A stretch of DNA of 64,000 nucleotides from Patescibacteria group bacterium. Its GTDB lineage: Bacteria; Patescibacteriota; UBA1384; CAJBMM01. A program made the position numbers and the translations under genes. The notes below the pieces were generated by a model. It was not told the origin of the DNA and searched no databases. It saw only the letters and a program-made list of their open reading frames with translations. Position 1 is the stretch's first letter. Each line of letters starts with the position of its first letter. Positions 50,569 through 58,356 of this stretch are shown piece after piece. The stretch lies in assembly GCA_041660565.1 (NCBI GenBank), contig JBAZWC010000002.1, positions 287,484-351,483 of the forward strand. Direction: 5' to 3'.

Positions 50569-52496
50569 GTATATTTGATCAATATGAAAACAGCACCGAC
50601 CAGATAGATCATAGCGATGTGGTAGATTATCGTTACACCGATCCGGAGAGTGAAGACAATCCGGAAATGGCAGAAAAACCGAGTAGTCATCATTATCGAG
50701 GATTCGTTTATCTATCATTGCTGATTTTTGGATTGTTAATATGGCGTTTAGTGGATGTACAAATTGTACAAGGAACAAATAACGCCGTGTTGGCCAAGGC
50801 GAATAGTGTTCGTCAGGTAATTAATCCGGCAAAACGGGGAGGTATATTTGACAGTCGCGGGGTGTGGTTGGCTCGAAACGTAGCTACATTTCAAGTTCAA
50901 CTTACCCCCAGCAATTTGCCGAAAAAGTTATCCGACCGAAACAAGGTTTACGATCAGATAACGAATGCACTTGGCTGGACAGAGGCCGAAAAACAAAGTC
51001 AGATCACGCAAATTGAAAAAAAGATATTGGTTAGCATTGAAGCAATTGTGCTTAAAGATGAAATGACCAGGGACGATGCCTTAATTTTGACCGAAAAGTT
51101 AAATAATATCGACGCGGTGGCAGTGGTTCCAACCAGTATTCGGCAGTATAACAATCCAACAAATGGATTATCGTTTATTTTGGGATATGTGGGTAAAGCA
51201 AACAATGATGATATTATTAACGGCTCGTATCATCTAAATGATACGGTGGGCAAAAACGGTTTGGAATCGAGCTATGATATTCAAATGCGCGGAACAGACG
51301 GGGTAATCCAAGAGGTAGTAGATAGCCGTGGAAAAGTTTTACAGGCCCTGAACGATAGTAATTCCGCCCCGGTTTCTGGTAATAATTTGGTTTTAAAAAT
51401 CGACAACAAATTGCAAAACATCATGTACACCGAACTGTCAAAAGGATTGCAGACAGCGGGGATTACCTCTGGCGTGGCAATTGCGATGGACCCGCGTGAC
51501 GGCGGTATTTTGGGCATGGTGTCGTTGCCCGCGTACGATAATAATTTGTTTGCCAACGGTGTGTCTAGCGATGTCTATCAAAAATTATCCACCGATCCGA
51601 CCAAGCCGTTATTTAGCCGGGCCACTCAGGGTACTTATCCTTCTGGATCAACCATTAAACCGTTTGTGGCCTCGGTTGGGCTAAATGACGGGGTAATTAC
51701 CGAAAATACCAAAATTGATACTCCTCCCGAGATTACCATTGGTCCTTGGCGATTTCCAAACTGGCAGAATAAATTAATTACAGGTGTAGATGTTAAGAAA
51801 GCTATTGCAGAATCGAATGACATTTTCTTTTATGCTGTTGGGGGTGGATATGACAAGATTGGTGGGCTTGGTGTAGATCGGTTGTCTAAAGGATTAGGAC
51901 TGTTTGGATTTGGCAAGAAGACCGGCGTAGATTTGCCATCGGAGTCGACCGGGTTAATTCCAAACGCCGCTTGGAAGAAAAGCTACAAAGGAGAAAGCTG
52001 GTATATTGGCGATACTTATCACATGGCCATCGGGCAAGGTGACCTGTTGGTAACGCCATTGCAGTTGGTTACGGCGTTGTCGGCTGTGGCAAATGGCGGC
52101 ACGCTATATCAGCCCCATATCGTCGACAAAATTATGGATGATAATGATAAGGTGGTATCAACCATTAAGCCAACAGTTGCGTCAAGCAATTTTATTGATC
52201 CCAAAAATATTCAGATAGTACGCGAGGGGATGCTGCTGACCAACACCAGCGGATCTGGGCGGTCATTGGCTACTTTGCCTGTGCCATCCGGAGGAAAGAC
52301 CGGTACGGCGCAGGTGGGGGCAAATAACGAGTATCTAAACGCTTGGTACGAGGTTTTTGCGCCGTATGACAACCCAACCATCGCATTAGTGGTATTGGGC
52401 GAAAAAGGCCCGCTAACCAACGAAGGTAACTCAACCGCTGTGCCAGTAGCCAAAGCGATTTTGCAGCAATATTTTAGTCCGGATTATAGTAAATAG
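50565..52496 (+). CDS. mrdA: Penicillin-binding protein 2
   Basis: RG.IFD, GLE..YD, STIK (SxxK), SND, KTGTAQ. Confidence 0.95.
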   Translation: MSIFDQYENSTDQIDHSDVVDYRYTDPESEDNPEMAEKPSSHHYRGFVYLSLLIFGLLIWRLVDVQIVQGTNNAVLAKANSVRQVINPAKRGGIFDSRGVWLARNVATFQVQLTPSNLPKKLSDRNKVYDQITNALGWTEAEKQSQITQIEKKILVSIEAIVLKDEMTRDDALILTEKLNNIDAVAVVPTSIRQYNNPTNGLSFILGYVGKANNDDIINGSYHLNDTVGKNGLESSYDIQMRGTDGVIQEVVDSRGKVLQALNDSNSAPVSGNNLVLKIDNKLQNIMYTELSKGLQTAGITSGVAIAMDPRDGGILGMVSLPAYDNNLFANGVSSDVYQKLSTDPTKPLFSRATQGTYPSGSTIKPFVASVGLNDGVITENTKIDTPPEITIGPWRFPNWQNKLITGVDVKKAIAESNDIFFYAVGGGYDKIGGLGVDRLSKGLGLFGFGKKTGVDLPSESTGLIPNAAWKKSYKGESWYIGDTYHMAIGQGDLLVTPLQLVTALSAVANGGTLYQPHIVDKIMDDNDKVVSTIKPTVASSNFIDPKNIQIVREGMLLTNTSGSGRSLATLPVPSGGKTGTAQVGANNEYLNAWYEVFAPYDNPTIALVVLGEKGPLTNEGNSTAVPVAKAILQQYFSPDYSK

Positions 52497-52561
52497 GCTC
52501 CGCCCGTAGGCTGATTAGAAGTCGCGAAGGGGATCGAACGATGCAACGGAGGACAAATCAG

Positions 52562-54178
52562 CTATTTAATCGCGGCTTTGATGAACTGTTTGAATAACGG
52601 GTGGCCGGTTTCTGGGCGGGATTTAAATTCGGGATGAAACTGACAACCAACGTAAAATGGATGATTTTTTAGCTCGATAATCTCCACAATGCGATCGTCG
52701 GGCGAAGTGCCGGCAATCACCAACCCGGCCTCTTCCAGTTTTTGGCGATACAAATTATTAAATTCAAAACGATGGCGATGGCGCTCCGAAATCAACTCTT
52801 CCCCGTATGCCATTTTGGAAATCGATCCTTCCTTCAGCTGACACGGATATGCGCCCAGCCGCATGCTGCCGCCGTAATTATGTTCCAGCATCTTTTTTTC
52901 TTGGTCTGGCATAATGTGAATAACCGGATGAGCAGTTTTAGGATCAATTTCGGTGGTGTGGGCATCTTTTAGCTTAGCTACGTTTCGCGCGAATTCAATT
53001 ACGGCAATTTGCATTCCATAGCATAAACCTAAATAGGGGATTTTGTGCTCGCGGGCATACTGTGCCACCGCGATTTTCCCTTCGACACCGCGGTTGCCGA
53101 ATCCGCCCGGTACCACAATGCCATCAAATTGCCTTAACTCTGGCAGTTTGGATGGATTTTTCTCAAAATCTTCAGCATTAAGCCATGTTAATTTTGGTTT
53201 GCATTTGTTTGCCCAAGAGGCGTGTTTTAGTGCTTCAATAACTGAGATGTACACATCCGACAGCACAAAATCGCCGGTGGAAAAGTATTTGCCTAAAATG
53301 CCAATGTTTACTTCTTTGGTGTAGGTATTGATTTCTTTAACCCAGTTGCTCCACGACACCAGATCATCTTTTCGTACTCGCAGATGCAATTTACGTAGAA
53401 TTTTTTCGCCCAGTTGCTGGTCGTTGTAAGTATCCGGTACGGCATAAACACTTGGCGCATCCGGAGACGAGATAATGTCTTCTTGCGACACATTACACAT
53501 CATACTCATCTTGCGCTTTCGCGGCTCGTCTACCGGTTGCTCACTTCTGGCCAAGATAAAATCCGCCTGCAAACCGGCGGCATTTAACGAATGAGATGCG
53601 TATTGAGTTGGTTTGGTTTTCATTTCGCCAATACTCTTGGGGATCGGTAGGTAACTGACTAAAATACACAGAACATCTTTTGGGTGGGCCAATTTCATCA
53701 TTCTAGCGGCTTCCAAAAATAAGATGTTTTGATATTCGCCCACAGTGCCACCAACTTCGATAATGACGATATCGGCTTTAGCTTTTTTGCCGGCATTTTT
53801 AATTCGTTTAATCACTTCCTCTGGAACGTGTGGCACCACTTCTACACAATGACCATTATATTCCAAGGCGCGTTCGCGCTCGATTACGGTTTTATACACC
53901 CGTCCGGTGGTCATGTAGTTATAGGATAAAATGTCTTCATCCAAAAAACGCTCGTACGAGCCGATGTCTTGGTCAGTTTCGTCACCATCGTCGGTGACAA
54001 AAACCTCGCCGTGTTCAATTGGGTTCATGGTACCGGCATCAACATTGACGTATGGGTCAATCTTTACTGCGGTAACGGCTAGCCCTTTGCTTTTGAGAAT
54101 TTTGCCAATGGATGCAGCAGCTGTGCCTTTGCCTACTCCACTCATTACCCCGCCGGTCACAAAAATAAATTTGGCGAT
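52562..54178 (-). CDS. pyrG: CTP synthase (probable ATC start at 54178)
   Basis: AKFIFVTGGVMSGVGKG, KIDPYVNVDAGTM, GLCYGMQ, ERHRHR, QFHPE. Confidence 0.98.
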   Translation of the reverse strand: MAKFIFVTGGVMSGVGKGTAAASIGKILKSKGLAVTAVKIDPYVNVDAGTMNPIEHGEVFVTDDGDETDQDIGSYERFLDEDILSYNYMTTGRVYKTVIERERALEYNGHCVEVVPHVPEEVIKRIKNAGKKAKADIVIIEVGGTVGEYQNILFLEAARMMKLAHPKDVLCILVSYLPIPKSIGEMKTKPTQYASHSLNAAGLQADFILARSEQPVDEPRKRKMSMMCNVSQEDIISSPDAPSVYAVPDTYNDQQLGEKILRKLHLRVRKDDLVSWSNWVKEINTYTKEVNIGILGKYFSTGDFVLSDVYISVIEALKHASWANKCKPKLTWLNAEDFEKNPSKLPELRQFDGIVVPGGFGNRGVEGKIAVAQYAREHKIPYLGLCYGMQIAVIEFARNVAKLKDAHTTEIDPKTAHPVIHIMPDQEKKMLEHNYGGSMRLGAYPCQLKEGSISKMAYGEELISERHRHRFEFNNLYRQKLEEAGLVIAGTSPDDRIVEIIELKNHPFYVGCQFHPEFKSRPETGHPLFKQFIKAAIK

Positions 54179-54202
54179 TTTGCACCTCCATTCTTAGTTT
54201 TG

Positions 54203-54262
54203 AGTATAGTCGAATTACTGTTTGCGTCAACTATTGACAAACCCTAAACCCATCCCTATATT
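54203..54262. promoter_or_regulatory. Back-to-back sigma70 promoters for pyrG (-) and greA (+)
   Basis: Minus strand TTGACG...TATACT; plus strand TTGACA(54234)-17 nt-TATATT(54257). Confidence 0.7.
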
Positions 54263-54366
54263 ACTAGAGTAAATAATGTCCTATTATAATTAAGGTATAA
54301 TAATTTAGTTGACCTTGTATGGTCGCTTTTTAAGTTACGTAACGCGAAAGCGTTAGAAAGGTTGAT

Positions 54367-54837
54367 ATGGCGGATGCTGTATATTTAACCAAAGAGGGTT
54401 TGGAAAAAATCGAGGTTGAGCTGAAAGAGCTAAAGACAGTTAAGCGTAAAGAAGCAGTTAAACATATTCAAGAAGCAAAAGAATTTGGTGATTTGTCGGA
54501 AAACAGTGAATACGAAGACGCAAAAAATGAACAGGCGTTTGTTGAAGGCCGTATCTCTGAGCTAGAGGATGTGGTTCGTAAAGCAAAAATAATTGATTCT
54601 AGGGGAAAATCCGATCAAGTGGTAGGTTTGGGCTGCAAAGTGGTAGTAACCGTTGATGGTGGTGACGAAAGCTATACTTTGGTAGGCGCAACCGAAGCAA
54701 ATCCACGCAAAGGCGCTATCTCGGTTGAAAGCCCAACCGGAAAAGCGTTGCTTGGTGCCAAAAAAGGCCAGAAAATTGTGGTGTCTGCTCCGGCGGGTAA
54801 AATTGAATATGTGATCAAATCTGTCGAGTCCATCTAA
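54367..54837 (+). CDS. greA: Transcription elongation factor GreA
   Basis: GDLSENSEYEDAK, ISVESPTGKALLG. Confidence 0.97.
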   Translation: MADAVYLTKEGLEKIEVELKELKTVKRKEAVKHIQEAKEFGDLSENSEYEDAKNEQAFVEGRISELEDVVRKAKIIDSRGKSDQVVGLGCKVVVTVDGGDESYTLVGATEANPRKGAISVESPTGKALLGAKKGQKIVVSAPAGKIEYVIKSVESI

Positions 54838-54883
54838 TCTCTGTATTCCATTCTCCGTTACTTTTTGTTATTCTCGAAGATGA

Positions 54884-56404
54884 ATGGCGGAGTTGATGGT
54901 AGAGAAAAAAGAAGAAAATGACCTAATTAAAGCACGGGCTGAACATCTTAAATCCCTAATTGATTTAGGGGTTGATCCTTTTGCTAGCCAGAGTGAAAAA
55001 ACGCATAGTATTAAACAAGCGTTGGATTTGTGGCAAAAAAATCAGAAAGCTTGGGGGAAAGACGTTGGATCTCCGGTAGAGGACGCAGATAAATTAACGC
55101 TAGCGGGCCGCGTTACCGCGCTTAGAGGCCACGGCGGGGCTACTTTTGTGGATATTGAAGATGGTGTAGATAAAATCCAACTCCTAGCCAGTCAATCTGC
55201 GCTGGGGAAACAGTACAACTTGTGGGAGTTATTTGATTTAGGTGATTTTGTGGAAGTGTCTGGGCGATTATTTATTACCAAACGTGGCGAAGTCACGCTA
55301 CACTTAGATCATTTTAAATTGCTAACCAAATCGCTCCGTCCGCTACCCGATAAATGGAGTGGGCTGGAAGACACCGAAAAACGCTATCGCGAACGCTACG
55401 CCGATTTAATTGCCAACCCAGAGGTTAGGCAAATCTTCCGTACGCGAAGCGCAATCGTCGCCAATCTGCGAGCGCAGCTGGAATCAAACAATTTTATGGA
55501 AGTAGAGACACCAATTTTGCAATCTTTAGCCGGTGGTGCCACCGCCAAGCCGTTTATCACGCATTACAACGCCTACGATGCCGATGTGTATTTGCGCATT
55601 GCTCCCGAGCTGTATCATAAGCGGTTAGTGGTGGGCGGGTTTGAGCGAGTTTACGAGTTCGCCAAATGTTTCCGAAACGAAGGGGTAGATCATTCTCATA
55701 ATCCGGAATTTACCAACCTCGAGTTTTACGTGGCCTATTTTGACTATCAAAAACTGATGGCGTTTAGTGAAGAGATGATTCGTAAATTGGTAAAAGAGGT
55801 GATGCAGTCGGATACCACGCAATACAAAGATCACAAGATTAATTGGGCGAGACCGTTCGAACGGATTACCTTTAGAGATGCAGTAAAACATCATACCTCA
55901 ATCGATATTTGGGCGGAAACAGAGGATAGTTTACGCGCCAAACTAAAATCACTCAAAATCGATACGCCACGGTCAGCTGACTTTGGCCGAATGTGTGATT
56001 TACTACTTAAACATATGGTGCGACCAAACATTATTCAGCCTACCTTTATTATCGATCACCCGACCGTCCTGTCGCCGTTGGCAAAAAGTAAAAACGATAA
56101 AGAGGTGCAGCGATTTCAACTTTTGGTGGCTGGGGAATTTGAGCTATGTAACGCGTTTTCAGAGCTAAACGATCCGAATGTGCAGAGAGAGCGCTTTGAA
56201 AATCAGCAAAAACTGCGTGAAAAAGGCGATGAAGAGGCGCAAAGTTATGACGATGATTTTGTGCGTGCATTAGAGTACGGCATGCCGCCGACAGCCGGGT
56301 TTGGAATGGGAATTGATCGCTTGTGCGCGTTGCTAACCAACTCGAACACACTTAGAGAGGTAATTTTATTCCCATTTATGAAACCGAAAGGGAAAAATGA
56401 TTGA
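54884..56404 (+). CDS. lysS: Lysyl-tRNA synthetase (class II)
   Basis: RYRERYADL, GGATAKPF, FRNEG...HNPEF, YGMPPTAGFGMGIDR. Confidence 0.98.
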   Translation: MAELMVEKKEENDLIKARAEHLKSLIDLGVDPFASQSEKTHSIKQALDLWQKNQKAWGKDVGSPVEDADKLTLAGRVTALRGHGGATFVDIEDGVDKIQLLASQSALGKQYNLWELFDLGDFVEVSGRLFITKRGEVTLHLDHFKLLTKSLRPLPDKWSGLEDTEKRYRERYADLIANPEVRQIFRTRSAIVANLRAQLESNNFMEVETPILQSLAGGATAKPFITHYNAYDADVYLRIAPELYHKRLVVGGFERVYEFAKCFRNEGVDHSHNPEFTNLEFYVAYFDYQKLMAFSEEMIRKLVKEVMQSDTTQYKDHKINWARPFERITFRDAVKHHTSIDIWAETEDSLRAKLKSLKIDTPRSADFGRMCDLLLKHMVRPNIIQPTFIIDHPTVLSPLAKSKNDKEVQRFQLLVAGEFELCNAFSELNDPNVQRERFENQQKLREKGDEEAQSYDDDFVRALEYGMPPTAGFGMGIDRLCALLTNSNTLREVILFPFMKPKGKND

Positions 56405-57650
56405 TATTCAACTTATTCGCGAACATTTAGACTTGGTCAAAAAAGGACTGACAAAAAAGCAAAGCAATCCAGAGCTGGCCGTTGACGCTTTCAAACTAGA
56501 CAAAGAAAAACGACGCTTGCAAACCGAAGTCGAAGCTTTTCAATCTAACTTGAATCAGGTGTCAAAAGAAATTGCCAAAGAGTTTGGTCAAAAAAAGGTT
56601 GATTTACTTAAGCAGGCGAACCAAATTTCGGAACAGATTGACAAGCATCGCCCGCATTTAGACGCGCTTGAAAAGGATTTGAATGAGGTGATGGCGCAAA
56701 TTCCAAATATGCCCCTTGACGATGTTATTGCCGGACATTCCGATAAAGATAACAAAGTTGCCTACAAAAAAGGCGATGTACCAAAATTTGGGTTTACAGT
56801 TAAAGATCATATTCAGTTGGCGGCAGATTTAGATTTAATCGAATTTGATGCGGCGGCCAAGTCTATGGGTTCACGTTTTGCGTATCTTAAAAATGAACTA
56901 GTAGTGCTTGAATTTGCTTTAATGCGCTACGGGCTAGATCAGGCGATGAAAAGTGGGTTTAAGCCCATTCTGCCTCCAATTTTATTAAATCGAGCGGCAA
57001 TGGATGCGGCGGGGTATTTGGGACAAGCCGAAGAAGAAATTTACAAAACTCAAGATGATTTATATTTAGCGGGCACCGCCGAACAGCCCCTGTTAGCTCT
57101 GCACGCTGGGCAAATGCTCAAAAAAGAAGATTTACCGTTAAGATACGTTGGATTTTCCAGCTGTTTTAGGCGTGAAGCTGGCAGCTATGGTAAAGATGTA
57201 AAAGGCATTTTACGTATGCATCAATTTCAAAAACTGGAACTATTTAGCTTTGTAGAGCCCGAAATGGCCGAACAGGAACACAAAAAGATTTTAGAGTTAG
57301 AAGAAAAACTAATGGCCAGTCTAGACATTCCGTATCAAGTAATCGACATTTGCGCGGGGGATTTAGGTTTTCCGGCCGCCAAAAAATGGGATATTGAGGC
57401 GTGGATGGCGGGGCAAAACACTTATCGCGAAACGCATAGTTGTAGCAACTGCACCGATTTTCAAGCTAGACGGATGAATATTCGGTATAAAGATGAAAAA
57501 GGCACGCGATTTGTTTATACCTTAAACGGCACTGTTTTTTCCGAACGCCCGCTAATTGCCATTTTAGAAAATAATCAACAAAAAGACGGTTCAATTAAGG
57601 TACCAAAAGTTCTAGCGCCTTACACCGGGTTTGATGTTATAAAAAAATAA
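56397..57650 (+). CDS. serS: Seryl-tRNA synthetase
   Basis: GTAEQP, CFRREAG, RMHQF, SCSNCTDFQARR, TLNGT. Confidence 0.98.
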   Translation: MIDIQLIREHLDLVKKGLTKKQSNPELAVDAFKLDKEKRRLQTEVEAFQSNLNQVSKEIAKEFGQKKVDLLKQANQISEQIDKHRPHLDALEKDLNEVMAQIPNMPLDDVIAGHSDKDNKVAYKKGDVPKFGFTVKDHIQLAADLDLIEFDAAAKSMGSRFAYLKNELVVLEFALMRYGLDQAMKSGFKPILPPILLNRAAMDAAGYLGQAEEEIYKTQDDLYLAGTAEQPLLALHAGQMLKKEDLPLRYVGFSSCFRREAGSYGKDVKGILRMHQFQKLELFSFVEPEMAEQEHKKILELEEKLMASLDIPYQVIDICAGDLGFPAAKKWDIEAWMAGQNTYRETHSCSNCTDFQARRMNIRYKDEKGTRFVYTLNGTVFSERPLIAILENNQQKDGSIKVPKVLAPYTGFDVIKK

Positions 57651-57653
57651 TTC

Positions 57654-57848
57654 CTCCTCGTCCGCCCGCTGGGCACCTTCTCCTCCACCCTCCTTCGCAA
57701 TGCTTCGGAAGGGCAGGGAGGAGAAGGGCTTTTCTGGTATTTCCCTCTCCTCTCAGAGAAGAGGGTGACCGTAGGCCGGCCACCGGCTCGTAGACCCTCC
57801 GGGCGTAAGTCCTACGGGCTGGAGCCTACGGCTCGGAGAGGTGAGGAG
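57654..57848. repeat. Family A element (inverted) carrying nested family D and C elements
   Basis: Reverse complement of the 1871-type element, with inserts near 57687-57715 and 57780-57841. Confidence 0.85.
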
Positions 57849-57867
57849 TCTTGTATATAAAAGAACA

Positions 57868-57897
57868 GGACCGAGACGCGCGATGGCGTCCCGGTCC
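57868..57897 (-). terminator. Intrinsic terminator of islet 7
   Basis: ggaccg..gacgc/gcgtc..cggtcc stem followed on the minus strand by tgttctttt. Confidence 0.7.
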
Positions 57898-57907
57898 GAA
57901 AGCGGAG

Positions 57908-58198
57908 CTACTTCTCCAGCTCCTGCATGATGTGCTTGAAGTCGCCGTCGTCGAGACGTCGCGCTATTCGGTCGAATTTGCCAGCGACGTCCATTGGATC
58001 TGGGCCTTCATGTATAACAATATCTCTTCCGTCGACCATCTTGACCCTAATGTTGCTCAGGCCGGGTTGTGCTAGCGTCTGATCGGCATAAAACGGCTCG
58101 ATGCAATCGACATAGTCAGAGTTGATAACGAGCCTCTTCACATGCGGGACGCCTTAGGCCTTGGGCTCGCGCACGTCCACAACCGTAAAGAACGCCAT
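57908..58198 (-). pseudogene. Hypothetical gene with in-frame TAA at codon 15 (GC-rich islet 7)
   Basis: AAGGAGGGGGTG SD and ATG 58198 in frame with ORF 57908-58141; single TAA at 58156-58154. Confidence 0.6.
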
Positions 58199-58300
58199 TT
58201 TGCTCACCCCCTCCTTGTCGCCACGCCTAATCTGGTGTATCTTTAAGGCGTAGGTGACAGTGATATTATTACACTATTTTACGATTTATGTCAATAATTT

Positions 58301-58329
58301 GTAGGGCGGACACACGGGTCCGCCCCTAC
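58301..58329. repeat. GTAG-type REP (family E)
   Basis: gtagggcggacacacgggtccgcccctac. Confidence 0.85.
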
Positions 58330-58356
58330 ACAGGTCGTGATGTAGCGAAAGGAAAT

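Noticed and set aside
58288-58356. Longer ORF-track starts for secA, the DHH gene (37296), DUF5680-like (61267), slt (40391) and secG (31150)
   Set aside because: The extensions run through repeat DNA, and downstream starts have an SD or promoter support.
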